Below are positions 10,421 through 24,000 of a DNA stretch of 64,000 nucleotides, piece after piece (positions within the stretch are counted from its first letter, which is position 1; each line of letters starts with the position of its first letter). The DNA comes from Penicillus capitatus. Lineage: Eukaryota; Plantae; Chlorophyta. The notes under the pieces were generated by a model. That model searched no databases. It had not been told where the DNA came from and was given only the letters and a program-made list of their open reading frames with translations. The translations under genes were made by a program, and so were the position numbers. Location: positions 1,288,351 through 1,352,350 of the forward strand of contig OZ287697.1 of assembly GCA_965649825.1 (NCBI GenBank). The letters run 5' to 3'.

Positions 10421-13400
10421 AAGCTTTCCTACGTCCAACTCCAATTCCTAATCTGAAGTGAATGAAATGCGTTCTTTCATACTTCCGCTAAAGCATGGCG
10501 TGCCTTTTTGCCTAAAAGACGAGAGTGTGGATATCGTGACACAGCAGCAGACACGGTGATCGCCGTCAAGGACGTCTCTGATGCAACCAAGCACGATCGA
10601 TGCGTCACTGCCCGCAGCTCTTTTGACAGTGGCGCGTCGCCCTTTGACGTCTCGTTGGACCATTTGGCCTTTCGATTCGCACTATCATCCTTAAACGCAA
10701 CCTCTATCTAGCGCGATCGCTTCGCGCAGAGTGTTTCGCGGACAGGATTCGTGAAGCGATGATGGTGAAGTTGGCCTTCACTTTGAAGGATCGAGCTATC
10801 CGTTTGGCAACGATTCTTAATCTGCGGTGAATAATCGAGTCTTGAGAAGAGGGATTCCGATCGCGACTGTCGGAAGTCTAGCTCCATACCTGTCCTGACC
10901 GAGAGAACCCGAGTATTCCCGTGTGTCGAAGATCGTTTAGTATCCTTTCAGCCTTTGTTATCAGCAGCCCCGCGTGACCGAGAAATGTAAGCTCAATGCG
11001 ACATAAAACGTGGTCTGCTTCATAATGAGTTGCACAAATAGACGGTAGCCGAGCGTTGTGGCTAAGAATGATGTGACAGATAAAGCCGCCAGATGTCTTA
11101 CGCCTTTAACCTGACAGTATGTAGCTAAATCATTCTGATGGACGACAAATCGCGATGAAGGAAGTTCTCATCGGAGCCAACTTGTGAGATAATGAACTTG
11201 CTAGTGTACTAAGAGTGTACACGAAATTTCCAAACAGGTTGAATGCAATGCGTCTCGCGCCGTTAAGTGAACTCGGACGCCTCCAATCATAGTCTCCAGC
11301 AACGTTGAATCGTTGACAGAACGAACTACCCAGATGGCAGCAGAGTTTTCCATCGCTGGTGTTTGTTGTGTAGCCCCATACCGTCGACTGCCAGAATCAA
11401 AATGCCCAATGATGATCGTCTTATCCATGGGCTTCGCAAGGAACGGTCGTCAATGCCTGGCCGGACTCGCATAACCCTAACGACAAAGAATGTAATGCCA
11501 GGGGCATACGTGCTTAGCCGAATACGTTATTCTCTTCTGTCTCAATAGTTTGAACTGAGAGCGGTACCCGCCCAGAGGAAAATCCCACGTTCACTCGGAC
11601 AACAGTGGCACGGGGTGCGCTGAACCGTACGATAAGTGTGTCCGTCCGGCTTGTGTACTCGAGTCCAGGTGTCCTGGATTGCTGTCAAACTGTATCGTCT
11701 TCAAACAACACTGTAGGCGGCGCAGCGCGCCCTGCGGTCGAGATGCACAGCATCGACCTTCGTCGACATCATATTGCGAAGACATGAGTATATTGCGAAG
11801 CATCGTCCCTCGCTGACAGACCGCAGAAAGCTTTGTGGAGGAAAGCAGGTTCAACGAGAACTTTGTATCGCTAGCCTTCACAATATCCGTCACATCAGGG
11901 TCGGCTACCGAAAACGGTGCCTCCAAATCAGAGTTCTCTTGTTTTCTAACGCACACCGCCTTTTGCGCCGGCGCTTACAAGCGCCTTCGGAGTTCGCGCG
12001 AAGCGGAAAAGCGACATGCTGTTAATCTAGGATCGTTGAAACAGCCGCTTAGATAATCGACATGCAACTGTTGGCGTTTGCTCTGCGATGTGAACGGATG
12101 TGACAGTCCGTGGGCGATAGTGAACTACACTGCGAACTGAGGTTATGCGATTTTTGTTATGTTCTTGCAAGAGTTTGGACAATGCATCGACAACACAATC
12201 ATGTGCTTTCCTGCTGATCAGTGGGATGAACTTCTGAGTCGAAAAAAGGGACGTCTCTGTGGATTGAGTCTTGAAAAACTCTCGAATCTATACGCGCGTG
12301 AGCTCAACGGACGACCCATTGCCGAACTAGCGACACTCCTTGGCCTTTACAGATCGGCGGCGACGAGAGCTTGAAACTCTTCTGCCGAGCTTCGTGTGGT
12401 CAGACTCCGTTTCTGGACGGACAGACTGCAGCAGTCTCTTCTCCTCCAGGATAGCCGATGATGCTTCGAATGCGGATGGAAGTATCGACAAGGGGTGGAA
12501 TGACCCAGCTCAGTGCCTCGACAAAAGTGGCGGCGTGCACTCCATACATCGACACAGCGGTTCTTGATGCGATTGACGGCGACACAAAAGTCACTCTCAG
12601 CTAGCTCGCTGTACGACAGAGAGAACGGTACGGCGACTCTTTCTACCTTCTGCTCTACGCTCGATCTACAAAGGCCGGCGATCAGAACAGTAACGAAGAT
12701 GAAAACTACTCGCGTTTTGTCTAACAAGTAGTGACTAGAAGAACAGATCCGACCGCTGACGCGCGTAGGAGGCTGCATTTTCCCATTTAGACGGAGACGG
12801 CTTGTACTCAAGCAGACGAGTGCGTCTGATCCTCTACTCTGTCCATTGCCAAGAACATCATGTCTACCGGAGTCGGCTCTGGAGACCACTCCGCTTCACT
12901 AAGTCGCATCGTATAGAGATTGGGTTTATCAGCAGCGCATTCAGGTGATGGAGCTTGGTGCCCGGTTTGCTTTGAACCGCCTGGATTCTAAGATTCGGAA
13001 AGCGTCATTTCACAGTTTGCATCTGATGGGTAAGTTAAATCGTCTCCCTTCTGGTGGCAAATAGGAACCAGCAGCCAGTAAGCAGTCATTTGAATGGCAT
13101 TGGATCAAGTGCTCTATTGACGAATGATAGACCCGTCACATCGCATGCATTCTGCAGGTCTCTTGTTCGGCACGTTGCAGAGTGATCAGACGCGCCTTTC
13201 TGTTCATGGAATCAAGTTCCGCACATCCGTTGACCCCCACTCCGGGCAAGTTCGTGTGCGATGTCTCGCCTCCATGTGTTCTTGGCCACTTCTTCTGCAC
13301 AGCCAGAATTGAATCACAACTGGCCAGTGCAATGTCATTCGTCAACCTCGGGGTTCTACCTATCGGTCGCGTGGCGCGTCACTCAATCATCCTACCTGTC

Positions 13401-13589
13401 ATCGTGACACGAACGGATCCCTTTTATCTGCACGAGAACGGATATGGACATTCTTCGCAGCGGGAGATAAAGAAGATCGCAAAGGACTCTGGCAGGTAGG
13501 ACATTCGGTCGACAATGCGAAGATCAGGAGATCACAAAACACGTTCTTATATCAAGAGATCTGGATCGAGCGGTCAGTGATAATGACAG

Positions 13590-13940
13590 ACGTGCGGCTC
13601 ACCGGCTGCTTCAACGCTGTCGCCAAGATCCAGCTGGTGGACAGCGGTGTCTTCGCTGCGACAAAGTTGTAATCTGTGTGCCACTGTTCGCTGCATGCTT
13701 GAATGGGAGGTGGTTCTGCTCGATCCGAAAAGATACTTAGAGATCGGCGAGACGAACAGACGATTGAAGAAGCACGCTGCGTTTGTTTAAATCCTAACTG
13801 GAAACAAGGAACTCGAGCATACGCTCATAGACGCTGACGAAGAGTTGTCGAGTCGATTGCATAGCTGCTGGAGTGGAAACGTTCCTCCCCTCATCTTAGT
13901 ACGATTTTCATGTACCCGGCCTTTTGCCGACTATAAAAAA
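13590..13940 (+). promoter_or_regulatory. Upstream block of gene B with TATA box (GCCGACTATAAAAA, TATAAAA 13932-13938)
   Basis: Homologous to the H and C upstream blocks (GGCTGCTTCAACGCTG..CCAAGATCCAGCT, GAAGA.GCACGCTGCG, AACAAGG). The TATA box is 63 nt before the ATG. Confidence 0.65.
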
Positions 13941-13994
13941 ATTCGTACGTTTGTTAACGTCTATTGAAGTTTCCGTTGAGTACTCTGTCAAAAC

Positions 13995-16900
13995 ATGCGA
14001 CGCCCTCGTTTCCTTGGTATGTTGTTGACGTGCGTGATGCTCGGCACAGACGCGAGCAAATTCACCTGTTCGAAATTCCCTCTTCGTCGAGGTCTAACCG
14101 CAGAGATGGCCGAAGATGCCCCGACCGCGTGTTCTTCCGACGGAATCTCAACCTCGAATCCGTCAGCAGTTTCAGAAAGAACGGCATTAGCGCCGCTTCG
14201 TGCGACGAAGACTGCCTCGCTACCGACGAGGCACGAGGACGAAGCGGCGGATTTGTTTCCCGCGTCCCAAGCGAGCAATGCCGCGAAGAAGAAACGTCCT
14301 TCCGTTGCTGGGCGAGGTCGGAGCTGGGGTCGCTCTCTGCGACAAGATGAAGGCCAAGACGACGAAATTTTTGCAAGTGAGACCCTGCTCATTCAGAAAA
14401 CGTTTTTGACGCCAGTTCTCTTGGTCTTTGCAGACATTTCGTGTTCGCTTAGTGAACGAACCATCCGAGAACATCTGAACGAAACGACGAGAACGTGGCG
14501 TATCAGTCGTTCGCTTCTCGATGACGTCGAAGATGACATCCAAGTCATTGTGAACTGCACGAAGCCAGGCGACGTCCTCACCTTCGGTCCAAGGCGAAGA
14601 ATTCGGCCGTCTTCGCGTATTGTCATACCATGGCCACTGACGTTGACAGCCCCAGTGAGCAGTTTTGAGCTCGAGGAAAGCATGTTCCCTCTTTCCGATA
14701 CAAAGATGACCTTCACCTGTCCTAACAGAGGAGAGGGTGTGTTCTTGGTGAAGTGAGCTTCGAATTCCCTTATCCACCGTTGTCTGATGCTGTTCTCGCG
14801 TTCAGGTCTAAGAATGTGACATTGGCGAATCTTGTGTTCGAAGACTGCGTGTTCGAATCTCGGAATCCTGGGTCCATCGTTGAAGTTGAAAACTGTACTT
14901 CAAGTCGCGATGGAGGCATCATTCAGCTATACCATGTCGGCTTCAGGAATAACACCCTGATCAAAGGCACGGGACTCGCAATGCAGTCTCCATCTTGCTT
15001 TGAGCTGGAGCTGATCGACTTCGTCTTCGAGAATAACACCTGCGACGATAGATGTGGTGCGATTTTGTCGGGACGAAATCGATTGAGAGACATCGTTATC
15101 CGGAACAGCATACCGTATGACCGTGAGAACAACAACACGGTAGTGTTCTATGCGTCTCCTGGATCTTTGACGTCAGTGGATCGCATGAACAGCACACAGA
15201 ACGGATGCTCAAGCCTCTACGTCGAAGGAGGAGCCTTGAACATGTCATATGCTGCCTTCTTTCGGAATTCGATCACGATTAGTCAGGATGGAGCGAGCAG
15301 TGCACCCCTGCAGTTGCACAATGCAACAGCGTCCATCAAAGATTGCCTGTATCGAGAGAACGAAGCAGAGTTCGGAGGAGTCATAAGTGTGGAAAGGAAC
15401 TCATCATGCAACATCGCCGACTGTCAGTTCAACAAGAACAGCGCGTCAACAGATGGTGGCGCCATCAACGTCGAAGACTCCGTGCTCTCGGTTCAGACGT
15501 GCAACTTCACCGAGGGATCTGCAAAAAATGGTGGAGGAATCTATGCATCCTCTTCCAATGTCTTTGTCGAGAACACCTTCGCATCCGACCTGTTTGCGGG
15601 TAGTGGTGGTGGATTCATCTCCAGCAGAACTTCCAGAATACGAATGCAAAACTGCCTGTTTGCTAACAACAGGGCTTCTGATGGTGGCGCTATCTACGTC
15701 GAAGACTCCATCCTCTCGGTTCAGAAGTGCAGCTTCACCGAGGGATCTGCGAGAGACGGCGGCGGAATCTATGCATCCTCTTCTAATGTCTTTGTCGAGA
15801 ACACCTTCGCATCCGACCTGTTTGCACGTGACTTTGGTGGATTCCTCTCCGGCAGTACTTCCGAGATACGTATGCAGAACTGCCTATTCTCAGACAACAT
15901 GGCTTCTGATGGAGGGGGCGTGATCGAATGCTATTCTAATTGCAGATTCTCGGATACGGGATCGAAGTACTCCGGCAACTCGGCTTATTCTGGCGGAGGC
16001 ATCTCCCTCACTGACAAATCCTCTGGGAACATCACCGACTGCCAGTTTGAGAAGAACAGTGCGTCAACAGATGGTGGCGCCATCTACGTCGAAGACTCCG
16101 ACCTCTCGGTTCAGAAGTGCAACTTCACCGAGGGATCTGCGACAGACGGCGGAGGAATCTATGCACTGTCTTCAGACGTTTCTATTCGGAGGACTGAAGC
16201 CTTTGACATGTTCGCCAGTGGACAAGGCGGTGCTATCTACTCTTCCGAATCAGTCTTCAAGATTATCAACAGCCAGATCTCGCATTGCGAGGCAGGAACC
16301 GATGGAGGTGCTGTTATGGGAAAACATTCATCGAGGCTTCTCTGCAGTGGCTGCACTCTGATCGAAAACAAAGCAACGCGCGGCGGAGCTATATTTTTTC
16401 AGTTCAAAAGCATTAGATCCATTTCCATACAATTGGACAATAGCATTGTTCTTAACAACTCAGCCGAATACGGAGGTATTCATGATAAGGCCAACATGAG
16501 AGGTGCACACTGTTCTTTATGTAGGTGGGATCCAAATCGCCGCTAAAAGGCCCTCCACATTACAGAAATGTCGGACAGAGCAGGATGAATGCATTGTCGC
16601 AGCCGTGGCGAACACTTCGATGATGAACAACAGAGCAAGGTCGGCAGGCGGTGCTGTCTTCATTGACACAGTGGCTGGTCTCCGACTGAACTGTTCTGGC
16701 GAATCGAAAGAACCGGAACTGCAATTCTATTCGAAAGAACAGTGGAAGTCCATGAAGCGCCTAGAATCCACCGACGATATCTGCCCATCCTGGAAAAACA
16801 ACACAGCTGGGAGATACGGATCGGATGTGGCTTCTGCCGTATCCGTTGTCCGAAAGAGGATCGTCAATGAAGAGACGGGAGAGCTGAGCTTGGTGAATGG

Positions 16901-19202
16901 GAATAATTACACCATATACAACCACAGACGCGGGAAGCCAATTCCCTTGATCGTCTCAACACCAGTGGATGATCTCGGACAAGGTCCGGCTGTTAATGCG
17001 AAGCAAGAAAACATCGAGGCTATGGTATCCTCACTGGATGGATTCTTCGTTGGAAGTGTCAGACTACCTTTAGACACTACTGTCGCGAACTTTAGCACCA
17101 TTGGATTTGTACATCCAGGCATGTACAAAGTTAAGATTGAGTTTGAAGGAGCAGACCTGGAGAGCTTTGAGATCACTGTGGAGGTGAAGCCATGTGAAAT
17201 GGGTGAAGTTCCTGTCGGAAATGGAACATTCTGCGAACCGTGCAGCGTTGCTTCTTACAACTTTTATCCAGAAGAGGACTTGGAATGCCATCCGTGTCCA
17301 GAGAATGGAGACTGCAGCAGTCAAGTCATCCTGCCAAACAGAGGATACTGGCACCGGACTCCTTGCGCAGAGCACATCCAGAAATGCTTCACAACAGAAG
17401 CGTGCGACAGTGGCCATCGCGAGGATGAGTTAGCACAGCGGACACAAGATGTACGGACATGTGATGAATTCGACGATCAGTACCTGCAGAACTACACAGA
17501 AGCGCAGTGCAGAGAGGTGCGGTTCAACTTTGTCTGTAGACTGCGTCCAGGGCTCTTTGGGTTTCAGGGGCACGAAGGACCACTCTGCGGCTCTTGCAAG
17601 AAATCATTTGGTAAATCTCACTCTTATCTCTGTGAGAAGTGCCTTTCGGACGTTATTAATGTCGTCCTAGTCGTTCTGTCTTTTTTTGTTCTGTTGGGGT
17701 TGTCTAGCATCACCATTAGAAGCAACCTCATCTCTGTATTTATATCGCAGCAGCGTCAACAAACACAAGTTCCTACGTTCTCTGCTGCATCCGCCAGTGC
17801 TCGAGCAGTTCCAACTGAGAGGGCGATTGAATTAGCAGTCTTGGGGAGTACCACAGATGGAGATCGTACTCATGGGCACTGTCAGGAAGCCGAACGTGCG
17901 CAATCTTTTGAAGATACAGAGCTTGCCAAACTGAAGGCCGACGAGCTTTATAAGGTTTAGCTTTCCCTATTGTCTGTTTTGTTCCTTTCCTTCTTACTGT
18001 TTGCTCTGCAGATTACAGTAAACTTTCTGCAAGTCACAGCCATAGCGATCTCTGCTGACGCGCAGTGGACACCCGAAATGGTCGCATTCTTCCAAGCTGC
18101 AGGCGACCAGGAGACATTCTGTTACACAGTCTCATGACACGTGGTGTGTTCTGCAGAGTTTATCGGTGCCGTCACATCAGAATCTGTGAATCTATCTGTG
18201 GATTGTCTTCCGTCAGACGGAACTCCTCTGCAGCGCTCCATCGCCGGTACACTCGTGGATGTACTGCAGCCGATCGCAGCCATATTCTTCTTTGCCATTT
18301 TCTGGCTGGTGATCAAGATCAGACAGAACAAGTCATGGACCTACCTGTTGAAGCGGTGTGTTCTCAGTACTCTCTCAGTCTTCTACATCAGCTACATCTC
18401 CATCAGCAGGACACTTGTCCAAATCCTCAACTGCGTTGAAGTCCACGATTCAAATGACACAACAAAAGTTTACTGGACAGTGGACACTAGTGTCGAGTGC
18501 TACAAGGAATCGCATGCCGCGCTGGCTTATCTGCTGGCGTGGCCATTCCTCGTGATCTTCACCTTTGGCTTTCCACTGGCCGTTGCATGCCTGGTCGCCA
18601 AAAAGGTTGCGGAAGATTACAAAGATGGCTGGATCTACGAAGCCGCCGGTTTCATGTATCAATCCTTCAGAAAGCGATACATCTTCTGGGAGTCTGTGAT
18701 CATGTTCAGAAAGGCTGTCCTCACCGTCGTGGTTGTCTTTTCTTACAAACTCGGATTTGACATCCAAGTCGTTATTGCTTCCTTCGTCCTTATTCTATCG
18801 CTTTACTTCCAAATGAAGTTCCGTCCCTATCGCGAAGAGTTCGATTCTCTCAATGACGTCGAGAGCCTCTCCATCTTGATCTCTTCTCTCACATTCGTCT
18901 GCAGCATCTTCTTTGGGGTTGATCACGTCTCAGATGCGGTTCATATGCTGATCAGTGTTCTTTTGTGCTTCACTAATGTTCTTTTCTTCCTTTACCTTAT
19001 CACTCTTTATGCGGTTTATTTCACAGCCGATTACCTGAAAAGTGTGCTGGTCAAAGAAGGCATTATTTCTGAAGAGTCGCACGGCGCCTTTCGGATTCTT
19101 GTTATTTATCTGATGGATTACCTGTTCATCATTGTGAAAAACACCTTGATGCGCTGGGGTCAACCTGTCAGGGCTCGGCGCTATCGTCGGTCCGAAGTCT
19201 GA
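13995..19202 (+). CDS. Gene B: same family, 1628 aa; helix type beta, stalk III, membrane class 2
   Basis: Exons 13995-14376, 14434-14752, 14806-16475, 16525-17516, 17568-17954, 18012-18102, 18157-19202 (4887 nt). Intron positions and phases are identical to gene A. Intron 6 needs a GC donor (CAG|GCGACC at 18103) to avoid an in-frame TGA. Confidence 0.85.
15452..15907 (+). repeat. In-frame internal tandem duplication of 228 nt (76 aa) in the gene B beta-helix
   Basis: GATGGTGGCGC occurs at 15452 and 15680. The units read DGGAINVEDSVLSVQTCNFTEGSAKNGGGIYASSSNVFVENTFASDLFA... and DGGAIYVEDSILSVQKCSFTEGSARDGGGIYASSSNVFVENTFASDLFA... Confidence 0.9.
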
Positions 19203-20644
19203 AGTTGCTACATTATGTTTCACATGTATTTCTTTGTGGTGGGAATGAAAAAGGAGATCGACGCCCTCCTCTTTTCGTCGCGTCAATGACATCCGATATC
19301 AGAAGAGGACTTCGATTGTCGATGAGTTTAAACAGATGTGTTTAATCGTATCTTTGCCGGTGTCAGACGATTCTTTTCGCTGTTCTCCTACTGTGGCAGG
19401 TAATCGCCGACACAGATCCTCGGAGACCATGTATAATTGGTCGTGCTTGCAGCCCCTTTTAGGTTAAACATCAGAGGCGCGACTGTGTTCAGTACAAGAC
19501 CAACGATCGACAGGCACAGAGACATAAATGACCAAGGCGAAGAATGAACGAAATGTGTAGGATAGAGTCCTCGGATACCATAGAGGAGCCAATCAATCTG
19601 TATGTAGGCCATCAGATGCATGACAAACCACGTTTGCGTTTATTTGTTTCTATTTTTGCAAACTTTCATTTGCAGTCCCAGTCTTGCTAACAGAAGAACC
19701 ATTGTCGGCAAGGAGAGCATGCATTCAGACAAACGCGTGAGACGCGAGACCATTCGGCTGCATAAAGCGTTTGCGTAAAACCCTTCACTCGCATATACAG
19801 AGTCTTGGCATGGAATGTGCCTTGTTCACAGTTATGACTCGTTGCTGTAGAGTACTTAAAACCATTAACCAGAAACGCACAGAATTACTGTCGATTCTGC
19901 ATCGACTTTAAACGGCTTAGCTGTTCGCCGCGGTCGGAGGTATAGAAATTGTGCTCTGTACTGTACCTTGTCCAAAATCAAATCTATCACTTCGGTCCTC
20001 GCACGTGCGTGATGTATGTCTGGTACGAACATTCATGAAACCAAATCATGAAGTTTGCTCGATACTGAAAAAGAGTGGTCTCAAGCTATTCAAAGCATGG
20101 ACGCAGATGACCGCATATTTATTTAGGACATGAACCAAGGGCATGGAAGGCCCCACCTTCCATGCAGTGTTCCACCGTGCGGTTTTCCATACCCGAACTC
20201 CATAACTGTTGAACTAAATGATAAATAACGAGGTGCCTGGAGCACCACAGCCCTAACTGAATCTGATGTTCTCCTTATGATGCGAGCAAGCTGCATAGGA
20301 GAAGGCACTGATCCACGAGCGATAGTACTGTGTATCCGGTCAAAAACGGCAGAATGCGCATAAACATACGAAAGGCATACCTACGGACACATCTCCGTCG
20401 GATGCTTTGAGTTGCAGTCGACCTGCCTCATCTTCAGGCAAGGCATCGGGTTGGATGGAACTCCGAAGCGATGGGCTTTCACGTGTCCTTACACTTGCCG
20501 TGGACTACTGTTGGTCACTGTTTCCTTAAAAAATCTGCTTCCGTTCTCTCGAGGAAGACCGTGGACATGTATATGTGGTGCGAGGCTAAAACGAGTGAAC
20601 GAGTGCCTTCGGTGCTGACACTCTAAATGCACAGCCTCAGGACA

Positions 20645-21045
20645 GATTCGCCGACGTCACGTAAGTGATAAAACAAGGTAGCAAAGCACGGTTCTATAAC
20701 AGCGATAGCAGCGGTTGCTTTGACACTGTCACCAGGACGCAGCCTGTGGACGGCGCGGTCCTTCCCGAGTCAAACTATGATCTGTGGTTGTTCACTGCAT
20801 GTCAACAAGTGTGGCTCTGCTCGACCTGAAAAGACGTTCAGGGGTCAGCTCGACGGACAGATGCTGGAAGAGGCACGTTGAGTTGGTTCTCCGTCCCATC
20901 GGAAGAACAAGGGGAAGCACGCGTGCATCATACACACCGACGCGTTGTCGCTGAGTCAGTTGCATAGTTGCTGCATCGGGAAAATTCTCACCTCATCTCC
21001 CAGCGGTTTCCGTGCAATAGGTCTCATTCCGTCTATAAAAGCCAC
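20645..21045 (+). promoter_or_regulatory. Upstream block of gene C with TATA box (GTCTATAAAAGCC, TATAAAA 21034-21040)
   Basis: The distal part (ATTCGCCGACGTCACGT..GATAAAACAA.GTAGCAAAG.ACGG) is shared with H. The proximal part is near-identical to the A block. Confidence 0.75.
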
Positions 21046-21098
21046 ACGGAGAGTCTGTAAGCGTCTGCAGGATACGTCTCGCAGTCCTTTAACGAATC

Positions 21099-24000
21099 AT
21101 GCGACGCCGTTTCCTTGTTTTGCTGTTGACGCTCGTCGTTTTTGCCGCAAGTGCGACCGCGTTCGTCTGTCGGAGGTTTTACCTAAGCCGAGCTTTGGCC
21201 GCAGAAACGGCAGAAGATGCCTCGACAACTTATGTTTCCACAAAGATTCTCAACTCAGAACCGTTCGCAGTCTCAGAAAGAAAGGCATCTGCACCGCCTA
21301 GTGCAAAAGAGTCTGCCTCGTTCCCGACGAAGCACTCGCACAGTACAGCTCCGCCCCTCACGTCCAAGACGCGCGAGACGGCAAAGAAAGAACGCCCATC
21401 TGTGGCTGGAAGAGGTCGGAGCGAGAGCCGTTCTCTGCGCCAGGACGATGGCCGCGACGACAATCTCACAAGTAAGGGCCCTTTGATGTCTTCGAGAGCG
21501 CTTTCTTGACGCCAGCGCTCTTGGCCTTTGCAGGCGTTCCTTGTTTGCTTAGTGAACAAAGAATCAGAGAACAACTGAACGTAGAAACAAGAACGTGGCG
21601 CATTAGCCCTTCGCTTCTCACTGACGTCGAAGATGACATCCAAGTCATTGTCGACTGTACGAAGCCCGGCGACGTCCTCTCCTTCAGTCCGAAGCGCAGA
21701 ATCCGGCCGTCTTCGCGCATCGTCATACCATGGCCATTGACGTTGACTGCCCCAGTGAGCAGTCCCGACGTCGAAGAGGGCCTGTTTCCTCGTTCTGACA
21801 CAAAGGCGATCTTCACCTGTCCGAGCGAGAGAGAAGGTGTATTCGTAGTGAAGTGAGCTTCGAGTTTACCCATCCGCCGTTGTCCGATGTCGATGCCGCG
21901 TTTAGATCGACGGGTGTTCTTTTCGCCAATCTGATCTTTGAGGGCTGCGCTATCAGTGCAGCGAACAGCAATGAAGACGCCATCGTCAGAGTCGACGTCG
22001 ACGACTGTGCATCGACTCGTGCAGACGATCAGCTGCGTCTGCACCACGTCGATTTCCGATATAACAGCCTCGCCGAGAACAACGCCATCCGAGTGCACTC
22101 ACCATCGTGCTTAAAGCTGGAACTCGTCGACCTTGGTTTCGAAGACAATACCTGCAGCGGTCCATGCATCGTCTTCCCGTCCAATCAAAGCAGTCGGCTG
22201 CGCGACATCAGAGTCCTGAACATCACGTCGTCGGGAAAAGCTGCCGACGCCACGACCGCGTTTTGGGGTCCTCCTGGTTCGAAGATTAGCGTCACTCGGC
22301 TGACAGCAGCCAACAACACGATCCAGATCTTTCGTATCGAAGACGGCACACTGGTGCTAAACGACTCGAAGCTGACGAACAACAGCGTGAGAGTTGGAAG
22401 TCCAGTCTATCTGTCAAAGTCCAATGGAACATTCGAAAACGTCAGCTTCGCTGGAAACGGTGCCACTCACAGCGCCGGATCCCTCATGTCGGACGACTCG
22501 GCGATCCACATTAATAACTGCACCTTCGAGGAGGGCAATGCCGCCGAATTCGGCGGGTTCGTCGACGCCGAAGAACATTCTCTGGTGACCATCAGAGACT
22601 CGAACTTCAGTCGTGGCCAAGCGAAGGACGGAGGATGTCTTCGAGTACATCTCTCAAATCTCACTCTTCATAACGTGACGCTGCGAGAGTGTCAGTCCGT
22701 GGTCGACGGAGCGGCGATTCGTCTGTCCAATGCGACTGCCAACATCACCACCGCGAGGCTGGATTCGAACAGAGCGGGCGACGATGGCGGATGCTTGTAT
22801 GCAGAGTTCTCCAATGTTGCCGGAGACGACTGGACCGTGAAGAACAACTCGGCTGGCGATCACGCAGGCGGACTCCGGGTGCGACTCGAGACGAATCTCA
22901 GTCTCTCCAACTCCGTTTTCCTCAACAACGAGGCAGACAGAGGGGGAGCCGTGTCTCAGGAGCTGGCTTCCGTCGTCTTTTTCACAGATGTCTCATTCTC
23001 TGGCAACGTTGCTGCGACCGAGGGCGGTGCGTTCTACATCACCAATTCGACGACGATCCTCAGCAACTGCGCTTTCAATGACAGCAGAGCTGATGATGGC
23101 GGTATCCTGTTCGCAAGGAAGATGACCACAGTGAACATTTCCTCGTCGATCATGAAGCATGGCACTGCGAGACGCGGGGGGTGCCTGCTCGCTCTCGACG
23201 GATCTGTCAATGTTACGAATTTGACGATGGAGAATTGCGCGTCCAAGGAGGACGGCGGGGCCATGCACCTGCGCAACATCGCAGCACACATCTCGAATTC
23301 CAGTTTTCTGTCGAATAGCGCAGAGGATAGTGGCGGAGCCGTCTTCGCCGATGAGAAGACCATTCTCGAAGGTCGGGAATGGTGCGTGAAAAACAACAGC
23401 GCCGGGGGCGACGGAGGTGGCGTTCTGTTGAAGCAGTCCACGATCCAAGTGAAGGACTCTCTCTTCCGAAACAACTCTGCCGTCTATGGCGGTGCCGTGC
23501 ATCAGAGCTCTTCCTCTAATGGAACGTTCTTCAACGCGACGATGATAAACAACACGTGCTCAAGGAATGGAGGGGCCTTCTTCATAGTCGATTCGTCAAG
23601 GCTGAATATCTCTAACTCTACGTTTCGTGATGGAAGCGCAGAAGACGACGGCGGGTTCGTTGCAGCCATCTCGAACAGCTCTGTCGATCTGGAGCATGCC
23701 AACATGAAGAATGGACACGCAACGAATGGAGGAGCCGTCTTCGCAGTCGACAGTCTCTTCAAAGGGGATCATCTCAGCGTCACCGAATGTTCCGCCAGTT
23801 CAACGGGCGGAGGATTCTCCTTCGAATCCGTAAACGCGGCAATGCTCACAGTTCAGCTTGATCACTCCATCGTGCAGAACAACACAGCTCGTCTAGGAGG
23901 TGAGGATACGCAGCCGCTCTCTCATGCGTCCGATGTGTTTTATCAGGTGGCCTGTATGTGACAAACAGCAGTGGACACCTCAACTGCTCGGAGGGCCACT

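Noticed and set aside
14377-14433. Stop-free 3n introns (B i1 and i4, C i6, D i1, G i3, H i1 and i4, I i3) as evidence for systematic intron retention
   Set aside because: Eight of 44 short introns is about what chance predicts (one third are 3n, and 16-20 codons are often stop-free). Homologous introns in other paralogs are not 3n or contain stops.
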